64,000 nt of DNA from the human T2T-CHM13v2.0 reference genome, Homo sapiens. How positions within the stretch are numbered: position 1 is the stretch's first letter; every line of letters begins with the position of its first letter. Of the stretch, positions 1-13,595 are shown piece after piece. Where the stretch lies: assembly GCF_009914755.1 (NCBI RefSeq), contig NC_060940.1; one strand, written 5' to 3'. Under the pieces are notes generated by a model. The model worked only from the letters and a program-made list of their open reading frames with translations, ran no database searches and was not told where the DNA came from. The position numbers and the translations under genes are program-made.

Positions 1-409
<409 letters not shown>

Positions 410-1384
410 TAGAAGTAAACTTTATATCACAGTGATAAATGGGGAAAAAATATCAGTGAGACCAGCTAATTAGAAGCCAACTAAAAAATAAATACCATGA
501 AAGCAGAGCAATGTTGCCAATTTCTGGTTTGATACTATTACAGCTGGAGACTTGAGTCTGTCTGCTTGCTTTTTTTTTTTTTTAAAAGGAGGTGTGATTG
601 AAGAGAGGTGTTAAAGACTTATTAGCTCCAAACTAAGACTTTCTGCTTGCTGTCTCTGAAGGCTTAAAAGATAATTGAAAAGGGAATAACTTTGTCCTTT
701 GGTGACTCAGTGTTGTTAATGCCGTGTCTACCTAATACAATTTCCCATTACATACAGGTACACCTCCCACACTTTGAGAAACATCAAATTTGGCGTGCAT
801 TGTAATAATTTATATAGGAGCTGGTTCCTTTGCTTCCCCTGACTGAACTCCCAGAGGCCAGGTGCATTCTGGTTTCTCTATCTCTGCAGCCCTACCAGAC
901 GTCCCTTCTGACCTCCTGGCAGAGGGCTTGGCGGCATCTAGAGCAGGTCAAGCCTTATGGAGGTGTGATAAGAGTGAGTCAGGGAACGAAGCAGGGGCAG
1001 CCACCATCACCAGCAAGAGGAGATCTCAGTCCTGGTTGCTGTTGCACTAAATTAATGAGCTTTGTCTGACGTTCTAAAGAGTGGGGAAAGGGGCACAGCA
1101 AAGGAGGAGTCAGGCCTAAGTTCAAGTGCTGTTTTGCGATGATTTTCAGAGACACTCAAGTCTCTCAGTGGGTATAAGTCTACAAAACAGTAATTACAGA
1201 ACGAATGCTTAAAATAAGTAAACGTTTTAGAGAATTTTTTAAATGAAAAAACACGAGGTTTAGCGTCTCTCATACTTTTTTCATGAAAAATTAGAGCCGA
1301 GCCACCCCTGCAATGGGACAAATGGAGGCCCTACCTGGACAGCTCATAGCAGACACCCTGGGGGTGCAGCTGGCCTCCATAGTT

Positions 1385-1435
1385 TAAAACCTCCCCTGGT
1401 GATTCTGACAGGCAGCCAAGGCTGAGAACACTGGA
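1385..1435. mobile_element. MER5-type hAT-Charlie MITE end fragment
   Basis: CCCTGGTGATTCTGACAGGCAGCCAAGGCTGAGAACACTG resembles a MER5 terminus. Confidence 0.5.
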
Positions 1436-1584
1436 TCAGAAAATTCACAAATAAAGAGAAAAACTTGGCCCAGATGAATGTGTTTGCTCATTACCACATC
1501 GGCCCCCTCTGTACCAGATAACTCCTTGTGCCCCAAAACACACATCTCATCTCCATTTTGTGGCCTTTGAAAATAAGTCAGCTA

Positions 1585-2268
1585 TACTCTCAACGTCATT
1601 CGCCATTAGGGAAATGCTAATTAAAACCACAATGAGGTGCCACTTCACACCCAGTAGAATGATTATTATCAAAAAATGAAAAATAACAAGTGTTGGCAAA
1701 GATGTGAAGAAATTGGAACCCTCGGGCATTGCTGATGGGAACGTAAATGGTGTAGCTGTGATGGAAAATGTGGTGGTTCCTCAAAAAGCTAAATGTAGAA
1801 TTATCATATGACCCTGCAATTTCACACCTACGTATATCCAGAAGAATTGAAAACAGGGACCCAGGCAAGTACCTGTACACACACAGTAGCCAAGTGGTAG
1901 GAACAATTCAAGTGTCCATCCACAAATGAGTGGATAAACAAAGTGGTGTACACATATACAATTATTCAGCCACAAAAAGGAATTGAGCATTATTCAGCCA
2001 TAAAAAGAAACGCAATTCTGAGAATCCTACAAATGAGCAAATTTTGAAAACATTATGCTAAGTGAAATAAGCCAGACCCAAAAGGAAAAATATTGTACAA
2101 TACCCCTTACAGGAGATATGTAGAATAAGCAAATTCATAGAGAAGTAGAATAGGTTAGCAGGGGCTGGGAGAGGTTGGTGTCTAATGGGTCCAGAGTTTC
2201 AGTTTGGAATGATGAAAAAGTTCTGGAAATAGGTAGTGGTAATAGTTACATGAAATCGTAAATGTGCT
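1585..2268 (+). mobile_element. L1MB-type LINE 3' end (resumes at 4097-4140 and 4521-4610)
   Basis: ATTAGGGAAATGC...AAAACCACAATGAG, TGCTAAGTGAAATAAGCCAG and typical L1MB 3'UTR motifs. Confidence 0.85.
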
Positions 2269-2304
2269 TGTAGGAGTCCATTCTACATTGCTATAAAGAA
2301 AAAG

Positions 2305-4082
2305 CTCTCCCTCTCCCTCCTCTCCCTCCTCTCCCTCCTCTCCCTCCTCTCCCTCTCCCTCTCTTTCCACGGTCTCCCTCTCCCTCGCTTTCCATGGTCT
2401 CCCTCTGATGCCGAGCAGAAGCTGCACTGTACTGCTGCCATCTCGGCTCACTGCAACCTCCCTGCCTGATTCTCCTGCCTCAGCCTGCCGAGTGCCTGTG
2501 ATTGCAGGCGCGTGCCGCCACACCTGACTGGTTTTCGTATTTTTTTGGTGGAGACGGGGTTTCGCTGTGTTGGCCGAGCTGGTCTCCAGCTCCTAACCGC
2601 GAGTGATCTGCCAGCCTCGGCCTCCCGAGGTGCCGGGATTGCAGACGGAGTCTGGTTTACTCAGTGCTCAATGGTGCCCAGGCTGGAGTGCAGAGGCGTG
2701 ATCTCGGCTCGCTACAACCTCCACCTCCCAGCCGCCTGCCTTGGCCTCCCAAAGTGCCGAGATTGCAGCCTCTGCCCGGCCGCCACCCCGTCTGGGAAGT
2801 GAGGAGCGTCTCTGCCTGGCCGCCCATCGTCTGGGACGTGAGGAGCCCCTCTGCCTGGCTGCCCAGTCTGGAAAGTGAGGAGCATCTCTGCCTGGCCGCC
2901 ATCCCATCTAGGAAGTGAGGAGCGCCTCTTCCCGGCCGCCATCCCATCTAGGAAGTGAGGAACGTCTCTGCCCGGCTGCCCATCGTCTGAGATGTGGGGA
3001 GCGCCTCTGCCCCACCGCCCCGTCTGGGATGTGAGGAGCGCCTCTACCCGGCCGCGACCCCGTCTGGGAGGTGAGGAGCGTCTCTGCCCGGCCGCCCCGT
3101 CTGAGAAGTGAGGAGACCCTCCGCCTGGCAACCGCCCCGTCTGAGAAGTGAGGAGCCCCTCTGCCCAGCAGCCGCCCCGTCTGAGAAGTGAGGAGCCCCT
3201 CTGCCCGGCAGCCGCCCCGTCTGAGAAGTGAGGAGCCTCTCCGCCCGGCAGCCACCCCGTCTGGGAAGTGAGGAGCATCTCTGCCCAGCAGCCACCCCGT
3301 CCGGGAGGGAGGTGGGGGGGTCAGCCCCCCGCCCGGCCAGCCGCCCCGTCCAGGAGGGAGGTGAGGGGGTCAGCCCCCCGCCCGGCCAGCCACCCCGTCC
3401 GGGAGGGAGGTGGGGGGGTCAGCCCCCCGCCCAGCCAGCCGCCCCGTCCGGGAGGGAGGTGGGGGGGTCAGCCCCCCTCTCGGCCAGCCGCCCCTACTGG
3501 GAAGTGAGGAGCCCCTCTGCCCGGCCACCACCCCATCTGGGAGGTGTACCCAACAGCTCATTCAGAGCGGGCCATGATGACAATGGCAGTTTTGTGGAAT
3601 AGAAAGGGGGGAAAGGTGGGGAAAAGATTGAGAAATCGGATGGTTGCCATGTCTGTGTAGAAAGAGGTGGACATGGGAGACTTTTCGTTTTGTTCTGTAG
3701 TAGGAAAAATTCTTATCCTGTTGATCTGTGACCTTGCCCCCAACCCTGTGCTCTCTGAAACATGTGCTCTGTCCACTCAGGGTTAAATGGATTAAGGGTG
3801 GTGCAAGATGTGCTTTGTTAAACAGATGCTTGAAGGCAGCATGCTCGTTAAGAGTCATCACCACTCCCTAATCTCGAGTACCCAGGGACACAAACACTGC
3901 GGAAGGCCGCAGGGTCCTCTGCCTAGGAAAACCAGAGACCTTTGTTCACTTGTTTATCTGCTGACCTTCCCTCCACTATTGTCCTATGACCCTGCCAAAT
4001 CCCCCTCTGCGAGAAACACCCAAGAATGATCAATTAAAAAAATAAATAAATAAAATAAATAAATAAATAAATAAATAAATAA
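2305..4082 (+). mobile_element. Full-length SVA retrotransposon (probably SVA_C/D class)
   Basis: CCCTCT-type head ~2305-2365, Alu-like domain ~2370-2770, GC-rich VNTR ~2770-3540, SINE-R ~3540-4030, A-rich tail; TSD AAAGAAAAAGCTCT at 2295-2308 and 4083-4096. Confidence 0.97.
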
Positions 4083-4140
4083 AAAGAAAAAGCTCTGGAA
4101 ATGGGTAGTGGTGATACTTACATGAAATTGTAAATGTGCT

Positions 4141-4520
4141 TGTATGGGTCCCTTCTTGCTTTGCTATAAAGAAACCTGAGACTGGGTAATTTATAAAGGA
4201 AAGAGGTTTAATTGACTCACAGTTCCACAGGCTGTACAGGAAGCATGGCTGGGGAGGCCTCAGGAAACTTACAATCCTGGCAGAAGGCGAAGGGAAGCAG
4301 GCACGTCCTACACAGCCAGGCAAGGAGAAAGAGAATGAAGGTGGAGGTACTACACACTTTTAAACAACTAGATTGTGTAAGAACTCACTCACTATCACAA
4401 GAACAGCAAGGGGGAGATCAGCCCCCAAGATCCGATAACTTCCCACCAGGCCCCTCCTCCAACATTGGGGATTACAATTTGACATGAGATTTGGGCGGGG
4501 ACACAGATCAAACCATATCA
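4141..4520 (-). mobile_element. MSTA/MST-type MaLR solo LTR
   Basis: TGCTATAAAGAAACCTGAGACTGGGTAATTTATAAAGG...GAGATTTGGGCGGGGACACAG...ACCATATCA; flanks GTGCT/CTGCT; interrupts L1MB. Confidence 0.9.
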
Positions 4521-4610
4521 CTGCTTAATGCCACATAATTGTACACTTAAAAAGATCGAAATGATAAGTCTTATGTTATATACATTTTAATCACAATCTT
4601 TAAAAAAACA
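4521..4610 (+). mobile_element. L1MB 3' terminal fragment
   Basis: CTTAATGCCAC...AATTGTACACTTAAAA...TTATGTTATATACATTTTAATCACAAT. Confidence 0.8.
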
Positions 4611-4779
4611 AACAAACTAATAAACTGGAAAAAAGAAAAGCCAGCTACAATGGGCCTCTCTAGGCATAGGGAGATCTTTCTAAACTCTACAGGGAACAGA
4701 CCCATAAAGTCAGCGGAGAGACCCATAGAGTCAGTACGCATCTCCTGGGATCAAACCCCATGGATGCAGGCTTCTCTCT

Positions 4780-4970
4780 CGATCTCTGTGCCTCCGTTCT
4801 CTTAATAAAGTGAGGATACCAACATTGCTCACCTATTTGGTATGTAACAAGACTGAGTGAAATATGTATTCATATTGCATGAACAGGCATACGTATGAAC
4901 AGGCATATGTAAAGCATTCAGCACAGTGGCCGGTATACAGTAAGTGCTCAATGATATTAATAGCTACTGA
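4780..4970 (+). mobile_element. MIR SINE
   Basis: TCTCTGTGCCTC...GTAAAGCATTCAGCACAGTGGCCGGTATACAGTAAGTGCTCAAT. Confidence 0.7.
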
Positions 4971-5044
4971 TACCACTATCATCATCACCCATGCATACAG
5001 GGAAGTGTCTACCTTGACCCTGATCTCCATTCCAAAGGTGGGAT

Positions 5045-5175
5045 GTATTTTGAGGGTGATGAAAATATTCTGGAATTAGTGGTGATGGTGGCACGACCTT
5101 CTGAATATACTAAAACCCACTGAATTGTAGTATGCTTTAAAATGGTGGATTTTGTAGTACATAAGTTATATCTGT
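5045..5175 (+). mobile_element. L1M 3' end fragment
   Basis: GGGTGATGAAAATATTCTGGAATTAG...ATACTAAAACCCACTGAATTGTA. Confidence 0.75.
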
Positions 5176-6139
5176 TTTTCCAAAGGAAGATTATACAGTC
5201 ACATAAAGTTTTCTGTGATGTAGACAGAATTGTGTGTAGGCGGTACATATTTGCTAAGCCTCAAAGTCATGGACACCACACACAAGGGCGATTTGCCAGC
5301 ATAGCAGAGAAAGGCTTGCGTGCTGCTGATAGTTTGTAAGAGCTCCCCTGGGGGTGTCGGTAAGCAGCCCGGCTCAGACCCTGGGAGGCCCAGTCACCTC
5401 TGTTCTCTCAGAAAAACAAGAAGCCGCAGCATGGACCCATCATCTTGCAACACGTGTGATAACCTCCTCTGAACCTCCAGGCCTGGCGTGAAGGATGTCA
5501 CGCCTGTTTAGCCACCCGTGGGGGTCGATACCTGCCACACATGCAATTGGCTGGGAAGGTGGCCAGCCTGAGTCTGAGGTCTCCCCTTGACCAGGCAGCA
5601 ACATTAGCATCCACAGCGGTGTCAACACCTGCCTCCCAGCAGGTACCATGCATGATAGGTGGCTTGTCTTCATGGACAAACTCTGAAGACCGGGGACCAC
5701 TCACCTCCTGACCTTGCCTGTTTCCACCACAGCCTCGGGGCCAGCCATACCTGGCTCTTTAGTTACCTACTGAAAGGGAGGAGTGGAATCGGACCTTCCG
5801 GTGGCAAAATCCAACAAAAACCCCTGGCGTGTGGGGTATCCCGCTGAAATGGAATCAGGCTCACCAACATCCCAAATCCATAATCTCCCTGCCCCTTCCA
5901 CCTTCACACACACCGCCTCCAGCTTTTGCCCTGCCTTGTCCCTAGAATCCCTTCTTACCTTGGTTCGTAAGATAAACTTGCAGGGCAAGAGGGATGGAGG
6001 AAGATCAGCCACGAACCAGCAATCCCAGCCTCACTTGTAAGCAGGGATAACACCGGCCTTGAAAGACAGCTCGAGCAGAAGGTGGGACGATGCCGATCAC
6101 CTTGGAGAGGTCTCGGCCATCTTGAAGGAAATGCTCAGA

Positions 6140-6340
6140 AGGGGCACCTGCTTCACGGTGTTAACAAGAATGGGCAGCACCTGCTTCGGCGCCACGGGGT
6201 CAGCATCCGCGCGGGCCGCGCCCCGCACCTGGCAGCTGCTGACACAGCACCGGGACGCATTTCCTGCCTGGGTCACTCAGAGGCGCTCAAGCCTAGGATC
6301 CAAGCTGGAGGGCTGGGTGCGGAGAGTATTTGGCAGGTGT
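6140..6340. promoter_or_regulatory. Small CpG cluster with E-box and MARE-like motifs (candidate enhancer)
   Basis: About 11 CpG in 6186-6258; CACCTG at 6145, 6178, 6226; CAGCTG 6233; CAGGTG 6334; TGCTGACACAGCA 6237-6249. Confidence 0.4.
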
Positions 6341-6756
6341 TGTGGGAAGGCGGGAGGTGTGAGCAGGGGACGGATTCAAAGTTTTCTTGTAACCCGGAGA
6401 CTGGAATTTTGTGAATAAGTTGGAACTATTTCCTTCTGGGACAGGAGAGACAATTCCTGCTCATACTGTTTGTGTGATAAGACAGAAATCTAGCAACACC
6501 CAACCCGAATCCATCAAGAGAAGAGTTGGAAAATGTGTGGGCTCTCGGGACAGAGGAAGACAGAACAACAACCAACATTTCAGTCTGGAGGATAATCTCC
6601 AAGGCTCAAATATAGGTATTCAGGGAAACATTGCCCCACACACGAAAACTTCAATGCTACTATGATTATTTAGGAAAGATATCATGCTTAAATATTCACA
6701 GTGTATTGTCTGCCAATCATACCTCAATAAAGCACATGAAAATTTAAAAGATATTA

Positions 6757-7089
<333 letters not shown>

Positions 7090-7329
7090 TTAGGTATCAG
7101 GTCTCATTGACTTCTTGAACAGGGAGGAAGGGCAGGTGTGACCCACACTGTGGGGCGGAGGCTTCTGGTGTTCAGGTGATTTGTTGGAGGTCGGACAGGC
7201 AGAGTGGTGGAACTGGGCCTCTGCTAAGTTTCCACGAACATTTATGAGCTTGTTGTGGGCTGCTTGGTGGGAAAAGTGTCAGGGAAATATTACAGGGAGT
7301 GTTAAGAGAGAGTTCCTATTCAGGAGTTG

Positions 7330-7430
7330 CCCCTGACTCGCTGTGTAACTGAGCAGCTGATGTCTCTCTGGGCCTCAGTTTCTTTATCTTTAAAAGGGCT
7401 GCGAAAGGTCTCTGAGACCCCTTTTTGCTC
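7330..7430 (+). mobile_element. MIR fragment
   Basis: CTCTCTGGGCCTCAGTTTCTTTATCTTTAAAAGGG core. Confidence 0.6.
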
Positions 7431-7481
7431 TGGGAAGCCAAAGGTGATCTGTGAATAGTTTTTCTAACTTAAAAGCAACGT

Positions 7482-7877
<396 letters not shown>

Positions 7878-8059
7878 TTATAACTTTGATTCTGCTCTGA
7901 AATCGGCAGAGCAGCTTCAAACTTTAGGATCTCTCACTGAGGATCCTAAAGTTATGAGTTATCTAACTCCAATGTCTTAGTCATTAAAGTGCCAGCGAAT
8001 TATGTGTATGTGAATCAAAGCATACTTTTGGGTTTAAGACTAAAAGGTTCGAATATCTG

Positions 8060-8061
<2 letters not shown>

Positions 8062-8095
<34 letters not shown>
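8062..8095. repeat. (GT)n microsatellite
   Basis: About 17 uninterrupted GT units. Confidence 0.97.
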
Positions 8096-8099
<4 letters not shown>

Positions 8100-9007
8100 A
8101 AAACGACGAATATCAGCCATTAGAAAAATCAGCTCACTTTGAGACCTCCATGCCATTATTGCCTCCTTTAATATTGCTGACAGTCTCTTGCAAATGTATC
8201 ACAAGTTGGCATTTATTAGTGCGAGGCACAAGTAAGGGGCATGTTATTTGATTTGAATAACAGCTTGGAGCTACAGTTTGAGTCCAGAAATATATTAGTC
8301 AGAAACAATCTCATTTAATAACACAGAAACTAATAAAAGAAAAGTATTCCAACTGATTCAGAATTGAATTTATGAATATTGCTTTAGCAGGATTAATGAT
8401 CAAAACCCCAACCTGTTTGTCACGTTATAACTGACTTTTCCATTTAAATGCAAAACCAGAAGTCAATGAGTCCAAAAGATTGTATATTGCTTTGAAGAAA
8501 ACCAGTTCATTTTACATGTAAGCTTCCAAATTGGCAATAAACTTTAATTACAGGGTCAGATAATCAAATTATAATCAAATAGCCTCACATAAAAATCTAT
8601 GTTTGAAATTAACAAGACACAAGCCTGCCACTTGGTATCATTGCACCTCTGTAACTTACTAACAGACATTTCATTTTCATTTAAAAGTCACCTTAAGGAC
8701 TTTCTCCTCAATTTCCACCGTGTAGCTTAATTTTATTTAGAAAACATTTCATTCTTAGACCATGCAGTCCTTCAGATTTTCATATTCAGCTCTACATTCC
8801 CCCGCCCCTTCTCACCTTGGGGAGGTCTGTTTTACAATTGATGATGGGATTTCCAAATTGGGATGATTGTAACCCTTTCCAACTGAGAGGTGTCTATACT
8901 GGGAAGAACCCTTGATCTGGTGTCAGGTATCATTGGACAGAGGCAGCATCCACACCATGGGACTGAGTGGCCTGGAAAATTTTGCCAGAGGAAAAAAATG
9001 TGTATAG

Positions 9008-9230
9008 CAAGCTTGTCCAACCTGTGGCACAGGATGGCTTTGAATGCAGCCCAAAAGAAATTTGTAAACTTTCTTAAAACATTATGAGACTTTTTTTGCA
9101 ATTTTTTTTCTTTCTTTCTTTTCTTTTTTTTAGCTTATCAACTATTGTTAGTGTTAGTGTATTTTATGTGTGGCCCAAGACAATTCTTCTTCCAATGTGG
9201 CCCAGGGAAGCCAAAGATTGGACACCCCTG
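9008..9230 (-). mobile_element. MER30 (hAT-Charlie MITE)
   Basis: Ends CAAGCTTGTCCAA.../...TTGGACACCCCTG; perfect 8-bp TSD GTGTATAG at 9000-9007 and 9231-9238. Confidence 0.92.
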
Positions 9231-9621
9231 GTGTATAGCTTAGAAATACTTAAGTTATTTTGAAATCAGCAAATGCATTGGCAAATGAATGGCATACCTG
9301 CTTCACTGTCTCATGAGATCCGAACAAGCAGAATGCGAAGTAATGCTTCAAAACCTCTTTTTATCTTTAAAAGTGGTTTCTTTGTCTTCTTCAGTAACAG
9401 CAGCGTTTTTTGTCGGCATGATGAAGAGCCGGCTGCCGAGCTTCCTCTTCCTGGCAAGCAGGCGAGTGGTGGCCACATGAAAAGAATGAGGAGCTGAGCA
9501 GCCTGCGGAGGGGAATCTAAGATGTGCACACTTCTACCATGGCACACTTTCTTCCTCTAAGGATTATACTTTTCTCCTAGCTCTCCCATAGAATAAAATA
9601 AATGGAGTGCAAAGCATCCGA

Positions 9622-9763
9622 CAGGGTCACCAGATAAAAATATATTTTTTGTATATCCCAAATATTGCATGGGATATACTAAAAATAAACATCATTCCTT
9701 GTTTATCTGAAATACAAATTTAAGTGGACATCCTATATTTTTATTAGCTAAACTGGCAACCCT
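9622..9763. mobile_element. MER53 palindromic hAT MITE with deletion in left arm
   Basis: CAGGGTCACCAGATAAAA...TCCCAAATATTGCATGGGA...GTTTATCTGAAATACAAATTTAAGTGG...CTGGCAACCCTG. Confidence 0.8.
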
Positions 9764-9857
9764 GGCCTGCAATAAGAATGGCAATAAATGCTTCTTTAAG
9801 TGTTCAGAGCTTGACATCTTCTGAAGCATTGAAGGATTTCATGGTGATTAACTTAAC

Positions 9858-10353
<496 letters not shown>

Positions 10354-12329
10354 AAATATTGCAAATATCTCTTGTCTTGTCACTGCATCCCTGAGAAGCA
10401 AGTGGTGATGGGGTTTGAGAGTTGGGGCAAAATTATTAACTTTCACTTCCAGCTGGGGAAATAATGGCTTAGAAAAGTGCTCAGCTGTATTTGTAACTTG
10501 GACCGACTGAAATGCCAGCCTCAAAATATTTTATTTCATTGCCACATAAAGTAAAAGATCATATGGTTAAGAGATGGACAGACAGGAGGCATCTGACCCT
10601 GTAAGTTACTTCTATCAGCATAATTATGATCTTTGCTGTGTTGTCTGGTGTGCTCAAGGGTCCCACTGTGAGCTATTAAAGAATGAGGTATTGATTACCT
10701 CTGCCTTGGGTTTTTTATCTGCAGTAAGGAGATCCTCCCTGCCTCAAGCTTTCTCCATGTTTTTAACCCTGGAACAAAAAAAATAGAGTGCGGTGGACCA
10801 AAAACCCATGAGAAGTTCCATCCATCAGTGCATGGAGGGTGGAGGGAAGGTGCTATGCAGGTGAGCAACTCTGTCCCCTGGCGGCCACTTTAGCCCCTGT
10901 CCCATTGAACATCCATGGGCCCCAGACACACAGGGAAGGCGGGGACAAGTAGGAAAAACAGAACTCCCAAGACAGTCATTTGCACTCTCAGCATGACACA
11001 CGTGCATTAAAGGGAAACTGCAAGGATGTCAGGGTGATGAGAACATTCAATACAAACAGAGAGGCCCCAGGGTTATGTCCACCCTCCCCCACTCTGCGCA
11101 GTTACTGCCAGGGCAGGAAAACTGGGTTTCAAGTCAACAATTTGTCTCCTTCTCCTGAGAGGTGTTTGCCTGCAGAAAGATGAATCAGAGAAAAGATTGA
11201 GGTCTGATTTCACCCTCCATGTTCTGCCTTACCATGGCCAAGCACGCAAGGGAACACATGGTGGGAAATTGTTTCTTCCCAAGAGACTCCAGCCTCTAGT
11301 AGGAGCCCTGCTGCTGGTTCCCCTTATGCAGTTGAGTGTCTTCTTGCTCTCTAACAACTAAGGCAGTCACATTTTACTTCTGTAGTTAAGTCACCCTCTT
11401 TTAAAATGATCACTGAGCCAGTAGGCAGAAAGGCAGCTTACACCCACCTCTTACCGTGACCATGACCTTGGGCAGCCCTTGTCTCTGCCTCAACTTCCAA
11501 TAACGCTAGTTACATTAGGTGCTAACTTTATGGGATTCTCTGCCGACATTCTTCCTTTGTGTGTGACTGATGGGACATTGTCTACTAGGCACACAGTAAA
11601 ATCAAAGCTTCTCTTTCCAAAATTAACCCAAAACTGACTTTTGCTGTGCAATCATACTCTTGTAAAATCTGCTTTTCATATCCCTTGAGTTGTTGCCACA
11701 ACTCTATATAAACATATGGAAAATGTTTCAGTTCCAAAGAAAAAAGCTCAAGTCTTCCCTAAGTCAGTGTATTGAGTCCTTAGACCACATCTCACATCTG
11801 AGAGGGGCCAGGGTTTTTTCTAACACCCACTGGATGTAGTTACCACAGCTCTGTGACCTCAGAGGAACCCAGCTTCACCTTATAAGACATGGAGGAGAGG
11901 AAAGGGCAAAGTATCTGTGGGCACAAACTGTGGACAGAATGTGGGAACAGGAAAAATAAGCCAGGGGTGATATTAACCATGACAAGTGGTGAGGTTTGGG
12001 TGATGAAGATACATTAAAATAATCCTGTCTTTCTTAATCTCCTGAGCCCTTGGTAATGCTCTATTGACTAAATACTTACCAGGTTAAAAACATGTCTTGC
12101 TTCCTGCTTTCCTGGAGGCACTCCAGTCTAAATCATCTACAAGGTAAAGAATTTATCAAAAACCATTCTGATAACTTTGACTACCTCCAGCTGGGATGCC
12201 CTGCAAAGCTTCCCGAACACCAAGGATCACCACTTACCATCACACTCTTTCTGGAACTGTGAATGCTCTGGGCTCCTGAAGTTAGATTTTGGTTTCAGAT
12301 GCGATGTTAAATTCTAGGAGGTTGACCCT

Positions 12330-12690
12330 GGATGGCAACTTGATATATGTCTCAGAGGCCTTGAAGGTACATGCCCTCTTTGATCCAGAAGTTCCAGAGC
12401 TAAGAGTGTATCTTAAGAAATGTCATCAGTACAAACCTTATCATTGTTAAAAGTCAGTAATCATGTGTGGCATAAGTAAATTATGGTATGCTCATATGAA
12501 AGAATACTCTGTAGCCATTCAAAATCATATAGAGGAATATGCAGTGACATGAAAGAAAGTTCCTCTCCTATGGGTTAATGAAAATTATAGTACCATGTAA
12601 AGTTAACAGTGGTCATCTTTGGTTGATAGGATTATAACTGAGATTTTTAAATTCCTTTTTGTCTTGTTTTCCAAATTTTCTGCACAAAGC
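12330..12690 (+). mobile_element. Ancient L1ME 3' fragment
   Basis: CTTTGATCCAGAAGTTCCA, AAATTATGGTA...GAATACTCTGTAGCCATT motifs. Confidence 0.55.
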
Positions 12691-12694
12691 AAAT

Positions 12695-13240
<546 letters not shown>

Positions 13241-13534
13241 GCTGGTAACTTTTTAAGTAGGAAAAAACTAATTCCACTTCTGAGTAGGAAAAAAATAATA
13301 GAACAGGATAAAAATCTTACTGGCCTTTATGGGACTGACTTCCAGCTTCCACTTTGTCATGAAAAGATTCTATGTTCCTTGTGTTTCTAACTTGTCCCAA
13401 ACACTATATTCACAGGTTGTCTCGGTTCTTCCTCTCTCACTATTCCTGTGGAAATGTTCCAGACATAAAGGACAAGTAGCAAAAATACCCTCTGATGAGT
13501 AAATAATAGGATGCATTCAGATCTGACTTAATTA

Positions 13535-13595
13535 TTGCACTTAACACAGAGCCAGACACGCAGTAGGTGCTAATTAGCTGTTGAATGAATGAAAG
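13535..13595 (+). mobile_element. L2 3' end
   Basis: GCACTTAACACAGAGCCAGACACGCAGTAGGTGCTAATTAGCTGTTGAATGAATGAA. Confidence 0.75.

Noticed and set aside
2182-4029. Many overlapping ORFs up to 188 aa
   Set aside because: All lie in the SVA VNTR, Alu-like or SINE-R domains; GC-rich repeats lack stops by composition.
4086-4170. SVA transduction or giant TSD
   Set aside because: The copies are about 15% diverged, far more than a hominid-age insertion allows, and the second copy lies outside the polyA and 14-bp TSD.
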